Source: Octopus bimaculoides (Eukaryota). From it: a DNA stretch of 64,000 nucleotides. The notes beneath the pieces were generated by a model, which ran no database searches, had not been told where the DNA came from, and worked only from the letters and a program-made list of their open reading frames with translations. Location: NCBI RefSeq assembly GCF_001194135.2, contig NC_068981.1, positions 60,898,971-60,962,970 of the forward strand, in the 5' to 3' direction. The position numbers and the translations under genes are program-made. Below are positions 47,991-63,589 of this stretch, piece after piece (the first letter of the stretch is position 1; each line of letters begins with the position of its first letter).

Positions 47991-49164
47991 ACATGCTATA
48001 AATAATAATAATGGTTTGGTATTAAATCAATATCAGAATATCAGTGCATCACACGTGACTTCACACTTGGGTATACAGCTATCCCTCGACTGAGAATGTG
48101 GATAAAACCATGGACAGATTTGTATGGCGAGTTAAGTGTTGATTTCTTTGAACTTCTGTATTTGGACTGAGTATTTAATTGGTATACATTTTTGAGTATT
48201 TTGTAAATCATCTGCAAGAAAACTATTGTTCTAATGGGCGCTAAAACTTGTGTGTAGTTGATCAAACGACGATGCATCTTTCTGGCAACTGAACCTATTA
48301 GAAATAGCAGAAATATCTCCCTAATTTACAGCGTTTCCATGCAGGACAAAAATGAATTGCCTCTTATTTTAAACTTTCCGGGCATCATAAATAAAAATAA
48401 CACATTGGGTAACATATTTCTAGATTCTTTGTACAGAAGTTAAAAACATGAGCAGGTCACGATTGGAATGCTTTTTCTCATAGTTCTGTGTTATGACGGC
48501 TGACCTCTTTTAATATTATTGACGGGTTCATATTTTCATATTCCATTTTATATTCTTATTTTCAGTCTCTTGAATTCCATGTTCCTCCTGCTAGTACACA
48601 CGGGAGCGTGAAAGGCTAGGGAAGTAAACCCCTAAGGCAGTTGATGGAGGGAACTTAGCGAAACTATCTTCTGGCAGTCATTAAACATCTAAAAATTTTA
48701 GAAAAATGTCTAGCGTGTTTAGCCCACTACTTCAACTGAGTCACTTACAAATGAAGCGAAAGAGCAAAACAGTCATATTCCACAAAATTATATTTTTTGA
48801 TAGCGGCATACGTTTCTTAGCAAACCCAGCTATGCATAATCTTTATCACATATTATAACATAACTTCGGAATATTAGTTTTAAAAGTCGAATGCAAAATA
48901 AGAAGGCAAAATATGTACCAGCATTGTAATACTAAAAGATGTCTACATTTTGGGTTTAAAAGCCAAATTCAATGCGTGAGTCAAACATTTTTTTCGAAAG
49001 TCAAAAAATTTCACCCATACGATATTTTTTCAGTTCACATTTTAAATTGCGTAGCGTGCCTGTAGGAAGCTCTTGTCTTTGATTCAATATCGGTTTATGC
49101 TCTGGGGTTTTAATTTGTTTTCTTTTCACATCAAGGCACACGTAAAAATTTGCATCGTTTATCG

Positions 49165-49560
49165 TTTACTTTTTACTTGTTCCAGACATTAGATTTTGGG
49201 GCACCACCTTGGAGAATATTTTAGTCGAAAGAATTGACCCCAGGATTTATCTTTTAAGCCTAGTACTTATTCTATCGGCATCTTTTGCCGAACCACTAAG
49301 TTACGGTGACGTAAACACACCAGCACTGGTTGTCAAGGGGTGGTGAGGGATAAACACAGGCAAAAAAAAAAACACATATGCACACATACACACACATGTA
49401 TATACGCTGAGCTTCTTTCAGTTACTGTCTAACGAAACTAATCACAAAGTTTTGATCAGGCCGAGTCTATAGTAGAAAACGTTCGCCCATGTTGCCATGG
49501 AGTGAAATTGATCCCTGAACCATGTGGTTGGAGCGCAAGCTTCTTACTATACAGCCACAA
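49165..49560 (-). mobile_element. SINE family C, full-length degraded
   Basis: ttgccgaaccactaagttacgg...ttctttcagtt...tatagtagaa...ccatgtggttggagcgcaagcttcttactatacagccac. Confidence 0.8.
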
Positions 49561-50095
49561 AAAGTGTATCTATCATTGAGCAGATAGTTTTCAATGTATT
49601 TGTAAGTTTTGAGCAAAATACTTTCTACAAGCCAACTGGTTAGTCGGTCCCGTTAACTATTTCGAATTGCTCTATTTTCTAACCATTACACCATTCTGTA
49701 CTTTTCAGAGTTACGTTATTTTTCTGCACATGAAATTATATAGCTTAGTGTTTCTCACTTTCTGAAAGTCCTTCCAAAACGGCTTACCATTCTTCTATGT
49801 TTTTCTTCAGTTTCTTTTTAGCATGACTGTGTTTGAAATATTCATGTTGTACTTTTCATATTTTGATATTCAGGTGTCTGTTATGTCTTGGATTAAAATT
49901 TAACGTGTTAGGTCTGTCATTTTTACTAGGAATATATTTTTGTCTTTTCCTATGTCTGTGGATGTGATTTTCATTGTTTCATTTCTGTGTTTTCATGTCC
50001 ATAATTCAATCATAAATTATTCGTAAAATGTCTACTTTTGTTGCATAATTTTTGAACAAAACAAACATTAATGTGATCGTTTCTGCACAAAGCTA

Positions 50096-51105
50096 TTGGA
50101 TTGGCAACTAAGTTCCCACGGTTTTTTTTTTAAATTTTGGAATTTATTGCGCTTTAAAAATTTTGGAATATATTAATTCCGAGAATTCTATTTTTGAAGC
50201 ATTTTGGAATCTATTTTGTTTATTTTTTTCTAGTTAATTTAACATATTTTTTGCTTATTTCCAGCTCATTAAAATAGAATGTCAGGTTAAGAAAAACGGG
50301 CATTTTCGACACCTCCTTCTGTTTGCTTTTAATCAAGGTTCTAATGCCGCAAAAGCTGCTCGCAACATATGTGCTGCGTATGGACAGGGTGCCATAGCTC
50401 ACAGAACTGGTATGCCAAGTTCAAAAATGGAAATTTTGACCTCAAAGACGTTCTGGCCGTCTTGTTGAGTTCTATGAAGAGCAATTAAACCAACTTTTGC
50501 ACGAAAATTGTCGTCAAACGACAAGGGAACTGGCAGAGAAAATTGAATGCTCCAACACTGTTATAGAGAAACATCTTCACTCGATGGGAAAGGTTCAGAA
50601 GTATGGAGCATGGGTTCCGCATGCTTTAGGTGACATCAAGAAAGATCAGCGAGCCACAATCTCCGCTGGTTTGCTTGCTCGTCATCGCTCAACTCATGGA
50701 CACAGGCAACGATTTCTTTCCCGGATCGTTACTGGCATCGAAAAATGGTGCCTGTACATCAATATGAATCAGCGTAAGGAATGGCTTACTCCGGTAAAAA
50801 AAAGCCACGCCATGCGTGAAACAAGATCTTCATCCGCGTAAAACGATGTTGTACGTATGGAGGGTCCGTGAAGGGATTATCTATTACGAATTTCTTGAAC
50901 GGAACCAAACGGTCAACACAGAATTCTATGTTCAACGGATGGAACGACTCAACACGGATATTCAAGAGAAAAAACCTAAACGTCAGCATGGAGTTCTTCT
51001 GCTTCACGACAACGTCCGCCCTCATATCACCAATATGACAAAAGAAGCATGGCTGGGAAGTGCTGCCACACCCATCGTACTCTCTTGATTCGTCACCAAC
51101 GGATT
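50096..51105 (+). mobile_element. Mariner (DD34D) transposon, frameshifted and 3'-truncated
   Basis: 5' TIR TA|ttggattggcaactaag. Motifs: HFRHLLLFAFNQG, WYAKFKNGNFDL, GAWVPHAL, RIVTGIEKW, LHPRKTMLYVW, LLHDNVRPH, HPSYSLDSSPTDF. Confidence 0.92.
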
Positions 51106-51659
51106 TCATTAATAAATATCCTTTGCAACGAAAGCAGTCATCAAGCATTTCTGATAATCAATTTCAGATTTCATATTATGGTTCTTCTTTTTTGCCTAAG
51201 GAAATCTTTGTTGCAAACACTGAATTATTAATTTTAAGACTATACTTAATCTTAGCTATTATAAATATCCTCGAGTAATACTCTATTGATTACGTAGAAT
51301 TTATTCTGAATCGTTGCTGCTACACTGGTCGAGTCGATTAGGATGTTGCATCGCATCAAAACGGCACAGTGTTCTATTTCGTCGCATAGTGTATTGATAC
51401 CAGACACTAACTGCGAGACAAGCTTGCAAATAAAAATATAGAAGAAGAAAATCTAGACAGCCGTCTCATAAGCTCTGTCATTGATATAGATATCTATGCT
51501 TATCACAGTGTATATCATGCTGATTCTAATAGATGATAAGTTTTAGATTATTACAGTGTGTGGAATAACCATCTATATAGACCACACGTCAACGAGTAAG
51601 CAGTTCCTTGATTTGGATAACTGGTGTACTCATCGACGAAACCGCATTTATTTGTTGAC

Positions 51660-51880
51660 ATTTAATATACACTGATAGGCAGCCTTGTGCCAAAATTTGA
51701 AACGAACAAAGGATGACAAAATACTTAGCAGGATTTGATCCATATTTATGTTCTAAGTTCAAATGCTGCTGAGGTCGACATTGCATTTCGGAGACGATAA
51801 GACAAGTACTAGTTTAGTACTTGGGTCAATGTAATCGATTCACTCTCTTACTGTCCTTGTACTAAAATTTGAAACCATTA
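51660..51880 (+). mobile_element. SINE family A, degraded
   Basis: gttctaagttcaaatgctgctgaggtcgacattgc...gtcaatgtaatcgatt. Confidence 0.65.
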
Positions 51881-53794
51881 TGTACTTTCGGATCGTACGT
51901 TTCATTCATTTGATCTATAATATTTGTAATTCCGAACAAATTCTCTATGTTCTATATGTAACATAAACTGGTATAGAGAATACCTTGCAATATTTCTGTT
52001 TACTCTTTTTCTATCGAGTTAGTTTCGAAAGATATTAGTTTTGACTTTTTTTCCGGTCGGTTAAATAAAATATCATCTACGTATATTGTAAACAACCCCT
52101 TTCTGCATGTGTGGCAAGACCATGCACTGCGCTGTAGAAAGAAATTGAGGAACCACTTCTAATGTTCTTTTCTTTCAAGTTTACAGCTTTTACTCAATAA
52201 AATTACTAGTAGAGAATTCTACAATATCACCGTCTCAACTAATGTGTTAAGCATGTTAAAAACAGTGTTAACAAAACTTTGTAAAAATGCCATCAGTAAT
52301 TACTTTAATTCTTCCCGTCAGATGCAAATAGAATATTTGTGTACAATTTTGATATTCACTTTGAATTTAATGTATCATGCATTTTCATTACGATTCAAAC
52401 ATTAATTGCCTCAAAATGGAAAAAAATATCAATAATATGACTATGTGTAAAAGTCTTGCTTATTTTGCCAGAATAATTATGAATTGTATAGATTTGTCAC
52501 ATTTGAAATATGAATTGAGTATATTGATTTTACGAGACCATTAAGAACCTTTACAAAATTTGTCTCTTCATATTCCAAAATGAGTTTCCAAACACCAAAA
52601 TAAAACTACGTGAATTGTTCCCTTAAGTTTATACTGCAATATTTCTATAATATGACTGAAAGACGGCTTATAAAATCTTGGATTAATTAAGAAACAAGTG
52701 AACCAGATTATAATCCTCGTACAGTTTCAAACATCACTCTCTCTCATGAACATTATACATCGACAGCTAGGATATTGGAATGCAAATCTAAAAAAAGAAA
52801 AACTATATTTAGCATTTCTATCGCTGCGGGTAACTTCAAAACGTTTTACCTAGGTACACAATTTTGTCGATTATCCCTTCAAATATCCCTTGAATATAAA
52901 TCTCGTTCTAGGTATATTCGTTTCTTCTTACTAAGGATCTTATTGGTTTCCATAAATGACTCTAATTAGAGTGAATAGTAAAAAACAATCCCTTCTTTAT
53001 GCTTGCTGTTGACAGGATTCTAAGGCTGACACTATATCACGAGAAAATATTTCATCCATTAAAAGGTGAAAAATATTTATTTCTTTTTGATGAATAATGT
53101 ATAACTATATACTGTTATTTCACGAAATAATTATATCAAAGAAAAGCCAGCAAAAATGAAGAAACCTTAAGGAGGTGAAAGAAAATTTGAGATAGAAGAA
53201 AATTACTAATTAAAAGTAAAGGAAGGCAACCAAATGGACACGCATATTTAAAAAAGTATCATCTAAACATATTAATTATTTATCAAAAATATTTCTGCTG
53301 CGCTGTTCAAAAATGTTTTGAGAGAGATTAAAAATAATGTGTATTTCATTTCACTTAAATGTGAAGTGTTGATTCACATACATCATGCAGCACAACTTAA
53401 TGTAGTTCTTAATAATTTCATTTTCATATTGAAATAACTTGCTAAAATTTGTCAATAAAATCATTGAAAATTAGCATCATATGAATTAGACAGTTTTCAA
53501 ATAACAGAAATAATTATACACAAAAACAAATTATCTTGCACCTCTATGTCGAGGATTTGTTAAGATTTGAAAATGTTTATAAAAGAAAAAGAATTGCGGG
53601 TAACTACAGTGCTGAATATACATTTGATTTGCACGCCAACATTTTCTAACTGCCCCAAAATATATAGTAATTGCGCTGGATACATTTAACAGGAATAATT
53701 ATCTTTCAATTCATGCTCAATTTAAGCTCGTGTACATAAATATATGCTCACATCCGTAGACGTAAATATATTTATACACGCAAGCATATTTACA

Positions 53795-53831
<37 letters not shown>

Positions 53832-55424
53832 AACGTACTTATCGATGTACTCGTTGTCAGTTAATTATATGCTTCTAAGCATATATCCACACTATATATG
53901 TATATATGTTCTACTCTAGATGTGGCACCCTCAAAGATTTTTGTCGTATTTCGCTTTACTGAATTCTTTACTTCATGTCAGGTCAAATATTTATAAACAC
54001 AAGGTGCCGAAATAACACATTTAACAATTTTTTTTCCTCCAAAATAAAAACATATATCGAATTATCTTCACTTCTGTTATTTTAATATGGTCTGATTTAA
54101 TATACGTCTGCTTACACTCGCCCGGTCGATTCTCTACTTGTAAGGCTAGAAGCGTCTAACTAAGTCATGTGAATTACACATCTCTTTATGTTAATTGATA
54201 TTAATAAATATTTTTAACTAATTAACAGAAAAGTCTCACTCAATACCATCAAGGCAGTTAGTGTATTATATATTGATAATTGATGATTTAAAATTTTTCC
54301 TGTGTTTCTCTAATAAATATACATAACCATGGAGACTTTAGCTAAGCAATTTTGATTGACTAACTTAAAAATTCTCCCTACCTAATAGATAGATATGTTT
54401 CCCATTCTAATATAAATGCAAAACAAAAACCAATATCACTTCTAGCGGTTAGATATATAAATGAATTGGACACAGTACATTTAATATAATAATGCATAAA
54501 CGAATAATGGTAATAAGAAAAATCAATGAAAATAATGACGTTACTTCGGGATATTATGTATAATAAGATGGAAAGGATAATATTATTTTAGCTTTACACG
54601 GATTTTTATTTAATTTCTTGATTTGTGATGAACCACAATATCGACCCTAGTTTCCTTTATATTGTACCACATATAACAACTTCAAGGCATTGCAAAATAT
54701 GCAATTTATTTTTATCCTACATATCATGCAGTATATTTTGTTCATGCTACTGAAGTATACTCTCTTCAAACTACATGCCGTTGTTCTATTTGTGCTGTGT
54801 ATATATTTAAAAACGAACTACAGCAATCATGATACACAAGTTTATAATTGCGTGCCACTATGTGTTTGTGTTTATATGTATGTGGGTTTGTGCGTGTACC
54901 TATCCATAAATATTCATTATGCACAAACACATACCGATTAAAATATAGCATGGCTGACATATCTTTTTAATCCTACTATGATTGTAATTTGACTGGGGAT
55001 TACTTTACAAGTCATGCTGATTACAAATAAGATGTAAAAACATATTGAAATATCAAATGAATTATAAGTACATAATGTTCTTCCATTGAGAAAAGGTTCA
55101 TGGCACTAATGTTAAAGCAACTTTAAAGCAATAACTGATAACAATTTAATGCATAATGAAGTAGAGACTATGTATTTTCAAAATCTTTTATTAGACTATG
55201 TTGCTGAAATTATATATTTGATACTCTTTCAACAGAAATAGTACTTATCTCTAGGCAAACAATGAATTTTATGTTTAAGGAGCGGAAAAGGAGACAGCTG
55301 TTATAATATTGAAACGAGCAGATTGGATGTAAATATCTGAGTGTTTGATAAGAATTATTGTTAATAAAGTTATGATGTTTTTGACGAGTAATATTTAGAT
55401 ATTAAACACTTTTACACTTATGAC

Positions 55425-56010
55425 AGAGACAAGTTGAGAATTTATGCATCTTGGAGCCGTATTCACAAGTGATGTAAGGCAGGAGACCGCATTGGATTCT
55501 ACAATTGCAGGTGATGCTAGAGTGATCGATCTTCAGAAGAAGAAAGTTTGGTAAAAGAATCGAGGTCGTTATCCTCAATTAAATTTTTGTATTTATTTTC
55601 ACCTATGGTCATAAATATTGTGAAATGACCCAACCAATAGGATCGATTATACAAATGGCTGCCAAGAATATCCTTTGAAGGATCTCTGGAATAACGTTGC
55701 TCAACAGAGTGCTTAGATCAGAGGTCCGTGAGTCTCTCGGTGTCGAGCCGCTACTTTACTGCATTGAATGATCACAACTCTTGTCTTATGACCATGTGAT
55801 TTCAATGTCACAGAAAGAGTGATAAGGTGGATTCTTCGAGTCGAGTCAAATCGTAGGGGACCCAGGAGTAGACCAACAACGATGTGTTTAGATATCATCC
55901 AGGGTCTCAGTTGATTATGCTAAGGAAATCAGTAACAAAGTCTAATGACGTTGCTTCTGATAAAGTCTCATGAAGGCGGTTAATGAGGTATCTACCATCA
56001 CGACACTCCT
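55425..56010 (+). mobile_element. RTE-clade (Rex3/Expander-like) LINE 3' portion
   Basis: VEKFMHLGAVFTSD, FTYGHKY.EMT..IIQMA..RISGITLLNRVLRSEVRESLGVEPLLYCIE*SQL..YDHVISM, RRGPRSRP. Confidence 0.8.
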
Positions 56011-56744
56011 ACGAATAGTGGACAGAGAAGACGGGTAGATACATGATATTTAGAACTACAGTAAATGTAGGTCGGTTTTATATTAAATCGTCATAACGAT
56101 TTTATTCTTGGATGTGTACAGAATACCGAATATTACCTTTAGTTTGAGAATGCTTCCAGTAGTTCTCTACGTTGGCAGCAAAACTCTGCAAATCAGTGAC
56201 TGTATGGCAACATTATTGCGATCACATTGGTAACTGAAGAAAGAAGGACACACTATGTAGGACTCTATTAGAGAGAAAAGGATGAAATATCTAACGTTCA
56301 CTTCTTCTGGAAAACCACCTGTGGGTGTGTGTGTATCAGCAGCATAAGAAAAGCATCTATTGATCAATTTATAGAATGCACTGTATATCAGATCACGGAT
56401 ATGAAAATTGGGATGGAAGATGGGGATTTACGGCGTGGATGAGTTGATTGGTCCGGGAAATTAATCCGACCGGAGAGATAGTGCATTATTATATAAATAA
56501 ATGCTTCAGATTTAAGCAACGGCTGTCCATAAATATACATGTATCCCAGAATAATAAACTAGGAGGGGCTGTGCATAATTGTGTTGGTTAAGACATTATT
56601 GGAAAGCTACGAAATGTAAGGTCAAATTTTAAGCTTAATTTTAATAAACGGTTACTGAATAATTGTATAAAAATAGGCAGTTAAAAGTATGCAAGTTGCG
56701 CTGTCTGCAAATGACATGTATCCAACCCGGTAAAAGAATACATT

Positions 56745-56835
56745 CTTTTCTACTCTAAGCACAACGCCCGAAATTTGGTACTTAATTTATCGACCCCGAA
56801 AGTATGAAAGGCAAAGTCGACCTCAGTGGAGTAAA
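56745..56835 (-). mobile_element. SINE family A fragment
   Basis: tggtacttaatttatcgaccccgaaagtatgaaaggcaaagtcgacctcagtgg. Confidence 0.8.
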
Positions 56836-57379
56836 GAAATACCTTATAATATCCATGGACAGGATACAACATTTGTGAAGATATGAAATAAATATTCCAA
56901 ATCCTTACGGTACCAACAATTTGGAACCCCAAATGCATTTTTCTTTTGCAAATCAACGTATGAAACAGCACTCTCACAGAAACATGTTTGTGCTTCGGTC
57001 AATTGTAAATTTCTTGATGAAAAGACAGATCAGGTGTTGTATTAGACATTGTTTAGTAAAGAAAGCGTAAGCATTTTGGAAAGTCCACGCATATGAAATT
57101 ACATAGAATATTGTACTACAGAAATATCGTATGAGATAAAACAAAAATTCCAAAGAACATCTATCACAATAGATCAGTTGATGATGACTCTGTTAAAAGA
57201 AATGGAACGGGGAAGTTATGATAAAATTGCGTTCCTTAATTTATAATAACAATTAACAAGTACCCTTATACTAATGTACTATAATTAGTGTTATACCAGG
57301 CAAAATTTTAAATCTTGTATTATAGTCCTATTCCGATATTTGAGCATGTGTGTGTTGAGCATACGTGTATATATTTGTA

Positions 57380-57418
<39 letters not shown>

Positions 57419-58053
57419 ATGTGTATGAGTGTTTGTGTGTGTGTATGTGTGTGTATGTATATGTGAGTGGCTGCATGTAAGCGTGTGTTTCCGCGTCTGA
57501 TTTTAAATTTGGGTATGTACCTGGGTTCGTATTCCGTAGAAGGCAGTGCTCCAGTATAACCGACGTTCAGCGGGTGAATCAATCAATACATTCTATTATT
57601 TAGTGAAAAATTCAAATAACAACTAAGCATTTGAAACGTACGATTAATTTTCTTTTGTTTTAATGTACATGTAAGCATGCAACCATTAATTTCTTATACT
57701 CTTGCTGGCAATTGTTTAAATTAACTAACAAAAAAAAAAACACATATGTGTATGTATATATGTATGTGTTTTCTAGTTTTTAATTATTATAAATCTTCCA
57801 CTGAGGAGGAAGCTAGTTTCCAACAATGATACAAGGCCACATCTTTGGGATGTAATTAACACAGGTAAATTCACATTTTGCAATTGAGAAGCGTTTTGCA
57901 TATTTGTACTGTTCCTCTGACAGATTGCACTTGTAAAGTACAAACTAGCCAGTCAATTTCTCTTTCTGAAATTTCCAGTTCATCCAGATTGCCTTTTAAG
58001 CACTTACTAACAAAACCTAGTGGTCCAAATATTTTTGGTATGAATATAAATTG

Positions 58054-58116
58054 TATGTATGTATGTATGTATGTATGTATGTATGTATGTATGTATGTAT
58101 GTATGTATGTATGTAT
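58054..58116. repeat. (TATG)n microsatellite
   Basis: Directly visible. Confidence 0.95.
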
Positions 58117-58410
58117 GTGTGAATGCATGCATGTATCTATCAGCCTATGTCTTTGTCCTTCTCTCTCACTCTGTCCCTCTCGGTCTCTCTCTCTGTATAT
58201 ATATTATACATATATATATATATATATGTAAGCATACATACGCATATTAACATATATACACGTGTACGTATATATTACAACGTAAAAAATCTAATTACTT
58301 TTAATTTTTATATTGTTTTCTTATACAATGTCTTTTCTCTACCATGCTTTGCTAACTCACATTCGTCTTATATAGAATACGATACAATACTTACATAGAT
58401 ACATAGTTAC

Positions 58411-58441
<31 letters not shown>

Positions 58442-59890
58442 NNNNNNNNNNNNNNNNNNNNNNNNNNNNNNNNNNNNNNNNNNNNNNNNNNNNNNNNNNN
58501 NNNNNNNNNNNNNNNNNNNNNNNNNNNNNNNNNNNNNNNNNNNNNNNNNNNNNNNNNNNNNNNNNNNNNNNNNNNNNNNNNNNNNNNNNNNNNNNNNNNN
58601 NNNNNNNNNNNNNNNNNNNNNNNNNNNNNNNNNNNNNNNNNNNNNNNNNNNNNNNNNNNNNNNNNNNNNNNNNNNNNNNNNNNNNNNNNNNNNNNNNNNN
58701 NNNNNNNNNNNNNNNNNNNNNNNNNNNNNNNNNNNNNNNNNNNNNNNNNNNNNNNNNNNNNNNNNNNNNNNNNNNNNNNNNNNNNNNNNNNNNNNNNNNN
58801 NNNNNNNNNNNNNNNNNNNNNNNNNNNNNNNNNNNNNNNNNNNNNNNNNNNNNNNNNNNNNNNNNNNNNNNNNNNNNNNNNNNNNNNNNNNNNNNNNNNN
58901 NNNNNNNNNNNNNNNNNNNNNNNNNNNNNNNNNNNNNNNNNNNNNNNNNNNNNNNNNNNNNNNNNNNNNNNNNNNNNNNNNNNNNNNNNNNNNNNNNNNN
59001 ATATATACGTACATACATATTTACATGCATGCACACATGCATACAAATATACAAACACACACACACACAAACATACATTCACACGTATGCATATATTAGG
59101 TGAGTAAAAAAGGGAGAAAAATAGGTATTGAGATGGAAAGAAATTACATAAACATATACGGTAAATATATTTATATTTAGATGTCTTCAGCGACAAATAT
59201 TAAGTGTTAGTTAAAATTTACTTGAATTGGGACCTTTATGCTAAATTTAAAGACAAAGTTGAAGTTAGTCATTAAGCTGACGGACACCAAAGCCCAGAAG
59301 CAATGTACACAAGATTTCGAATGTATATTAATACTTGACTTTCATCTCAACCTGTTTATCTGATCAACATCTGAACTCAACATTGGCGTCGAAAGACTTT
59401 GACAACCATAGACCCTTCATTGTCTTCATTCATCATTAATAAGTTGATTTAGTGCTGATTCCTCCCATCCAGATAAACACATTAAATTTCAAAATCTCCT
59501 TCTCTTCGTTTAAATCTATGTATTGGTTCTTTATAAAAGTCGGATAACTTCCTGTCGCCATTTTTTTCTTTTGACTTTTTTCTTCATTACACAGTTTATC
59601 AACTACAGTTTCCTCTTGTTCAGTATTTAACACTGCATCCTTTAGTCTGAACGAATCTACTATTTAATGTGTTGTTAATTCATTTATTATTAACACGCTT
59701 CCATTCATACTAGTTTCAAATACTGACATATCTAAATATAGTAAGGATACACATAGGCTTACACGCATAAGCGCACACAAACATCCGAATTTATAAATAA
59801 CTTACATTTGAATAAATATTTACAAGTGCACAAAGCTATAGATATAAGCGCACCCATATATAAATATATTTGAACGTGTACGTGTGTCTG

Positions 59891-59891
<1 letters not shown>

Positions 59892-59948
<57 letters not shown>

Positions 59949-59973
59949 GATAGATAGNNNNNNNNNNAGATAG

Positions 59974-60004
<31 letters not shown>

Positions 60005-60012
60005 AATAGATA
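59892..60012. repeat. (TATC)n/(GATA)n inverted tetranucleotide repeat around a 10-N gap
   Basis: Directly visible. Confidence 0.9.
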
Positions 60013-60014
60013 GC

Positions 60015-60058
<44 letters not shown>

Positions 60059-60632
60059 TGTATATATGTGTGTTTGTGTGTGTGGGTGTTTGTGCGTGTG
60101 CGTATGTGTATGTGTTTTCGTACGTGCGTGTGTGTATGTGTGTATGCTTATATATATTCCGTGTGTGTACGCGTAATTGGTATGATTTCTTCACCGTGGC
60201 TTTCGGTACAAAATATAACATTTAGTTAATTTGATTCAATATATTTAATTTAATTCATTTAATTTACTCCAAGGAGAAATAATGGAAATTAATAAAGTTA
60301 ATTTATTACTATTTTCGAAAAGAATTACTTTCTTCGGTGGCATTATTCATGTAATTCTCCTCTTCCTTCAATCATTTGCTCCTGGAGCATTTTAATGCAC
60401 TAAGCTTCTCAGTTACAGGTCATGCCGACCAAATAGCATGAGGCTACGTGGTACATTTAAACGTAACAGGTCATAACATTTGTTCGATTTTATATGTACA
60501 TAGTCAAGAGAGTCTCCTATAGAAAAGTAACATCATTTCGAAGTTAAGATATTCAAGTCTTAAATAATGTATTGTGCATGTTAATTTACATTTATAATGT
60601 GTGTAGCACGCGTACATGCTGGCGGGTATATA

Positions 60633-60755
<123 letters not shown>

Positions 60756-61775
60756 ATATGTGTGTATGCGCGGGTATGTGCGCGTGAGTGTGACAAGAAA
60801 CAAAACTGAAATTCCTAGTAGGATATTCTGAAACATGTATTTTGTATTTGTGAACAGATTGCTCGTAAAAGAAACAAGAACTAACTTTGTATCCCTGAGC
60901 TAATATGCCAATATGGTATATACAATGTGCATGCTAATTATGAAATAAGAATAATACTCAAATATAATGAATATAAATATAATTATAAAGTTATCAATTA
61001 TTTGCAAATGAAAAAAAAAATAGTCAGTGGAAAAAAGAAAGCGAGAATGAGTAACAATGTTAATAAAAATAAGGAAAAGAGCACATTTAATTTCCTATAA
61101 AAGCATAAAAACTCACAGTAACAAGAAATCGTTGGTTCATTACAAAATTATATATGGAGCAAACAAAACTGATTTTGTTTTCATTCAAAATGTATTAGCG
61201 AAGTATATTTTACACCACGGCCGCTTACTGGAAACTACATGTAATGAAAACGATATTTACTGTAAATTCAATCAAATTACCTGCCAAAGAACCCCTCATT
61301 ACGTATTCTAGTCCCGGATGAGAACTGATTACTAGATTTAATAGATTTTACGCATAAAATCGCCAGAAACTTGAATATTGGCCAATAGATTAAAATCATA
61401 TCAAAGCGTACATAAATGGAAAATTTAGGTGCGAATGGGAAAACTCAAAAATATAAACGGAAGCTAATAGACAGAACAAATACATATACTACCTATATAC
61501 ATACTTTGCGAAATTTATTTTCCGAATAGTTGAAACCTAATTGTATGTGACTATGTACAACCGATATAGAAACATGGATTTTTACAAAGAATAAAACTAT
61601 TAACCATTTGCAACTCTTAGGCACATTCTAAATATCTAATCATTAAATGTTTACGCACAGGACCTGTTGGTTCCAAGTAGCTAATGTCTTGGAAATACTT
61701 TCTCCGTAACATCGTAAGAATCATTCGATGGTGGGAAAGCAAACTCATTATAAACATCACATTGTATATATTTGT

Positions 61776-61830
<55 letters not shown>

Positions 61831-63589
61831 NNNNNNNNNNNNNNNNNNNNNNNNNNNNNNNNNNNNNNNNNNNNNNNNNNNNNNNNNNNNNNNNNNNNNN
61901 NNNNNNNNNNNNNNNNNNNNNNNNNNNNNNNNNNNNNNNNNNNNNNNNNNNNNNNNNNNNNNNNNNNNNNNNNNNNNNNNNNNNNNNNNNNNNNNNNNNN
62001 NNNNNNNNNNNNNNNNNNNNNNNNNNNNNNNNNNNNNNNNNNNNNNNNNNNNNNNNNNNNNNNNNNNNNNNNNNNNNNNNNNNNNNNNNNNNNNNNNNNN
62101 NNNNNNNNNNNNNNNNNNNNNNNNNNNNNNNNNNNNNNNNNNNNNNNNNNNNNNNNNNNNNNNNNNNNNNNNNNNNNNNNNNNNNNNNNNNNNNNNNNNN
62201 NNNNNNNNNNNNNNNNNNNNNNNNNNNNNNNNNNNNNNNNNNNNNNNNNNNNNNNNNNNNNNNNNNNNNNNNNNNNNNNNNNNNNNNNNNNNNNNNNNNN
62301 NNNNNNNNNNNNNNNNNNNNNNNNNNNNNNNNNNNNNNNNNNNNNNNNNNNNNNNNNNNNNNNNNNNNNNNNNNNNNNNNNNNNNNNNNNNNNNNNNNNN
62401 NNNNNNNNNNNNNNNNNNNNNNNNNNNNNNNNNNNNNNNNNNNNNNNNNNNNNNNNNNNNNNNNNNNNNNNNNNNNNNNNNNNNGAGAGAGAGAGAGAGA
62501 GAGAGAGAGGTAGAGAGAAATTTAATTTTTCTGAACGGGAAATACTACAAACTTCTAAGACCTATAAACTGTTAAAAACATAACTATTTTCGCATCTATA
62601 CCTTATATTTCCTTATTTCTAGTGAGAATATGATCTGTTCTTGAAAATTCTTGCTCAAGATGATGTCAGCTTAGATGTTTTTCTTATGAATGATGTTATA
62701 CCACCGACATTATACCAAGGAATACGAATGGACAATAGAGATTGGCCCCAGTGGCATTTCATTCTTAGTCGTCACAACGCAAAGAGCCCCATGTGATATC
62801 TCAAGTCTTTCTGTCCATTGACCTAAAAGTCGTCTTACTTCGCAGAAATTGAGGAATGATTTATTTATGAATTCCATGAATATGAAACACAAAGCTGATC
62901 ATAATGAAATTTGTATTAAGAATGCAGTGAGGTCTGAAAATCTGTCGCCTCAGTATTTATTACATATCTGAATTTTAATAAAAAAACGTCTATTACATTA
63001 ATGTTCTTTCTGATAACCCATTTACCAAAAATATTTTGTTTTACATCTCGAATTGTTCAACAAAAATTTTAACTTAGAAGAACGTGTCCGGGTTCAAAAC
63101 TACCAAACTGTGAAAGGACAATGGATGGTATGCTTTTTCTTTGCATCATCAGTTAGACCCCCAACTGCGTAATGTAACCCGAAAATATTCTAGATTTATG
63201 TTGATACAAGCATTTTAAGGCTTCAACCTTGTGCTCGGACGTATTTGGTTTATCAGTTTATCTCGAACAACAACATAGAAGAGTAGACAGTATTAATAAA
63301 TTGTTTCTGATGCGCTTTCTAAACATTCTCACCATTTCATTTTAGATTAGCTACGAAATATAACAAGAATGTCAGACTTTAGGCATAACTAGCGATAGTT
63401 TATGAGTCGATCATATAACCAACTTGTATTCATTTCATATATCTACTTGTTTCTTAATACAGGAGACGTAATTGAAATAAAACTAGTTTGTTTTCATTTC
63501 AACATATATGTACATATTTCTGAATATAGGAGAAAAAGATAAAATATGAAATCGGACTTGCTTAAGTACTTGCACCACCGGAGAACTAC

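Noticed and set aside
48540-48680. Strong splice acceptor (ttttatattcttattttcag)
   Set aside because: All downstream frames stop within 18 codons and no convincing partner exon was found.
57798-57835. CTGAGGA followed by the near-palindrome ggaagctagtttcc
   Set aside because: The required GAAA and cleavage triplet are absent.
59436-59633. Acidic/basic 65-aa minus-strand ORF
   Set aside because: No motif and no pyrimidine-rich acceptor.
62620-63115. Protein-looking stretch (EYDLFLKILAQDDVSLDV..) and a possible 50-nt micro-exon (ERVRVQNYQTVKGQWM|gtatgc)
   Set aside because: The nearest acceptor puts a TGA first in that frame, the micro-exon is short with no recognisable homologue, and both need transcript evidence.
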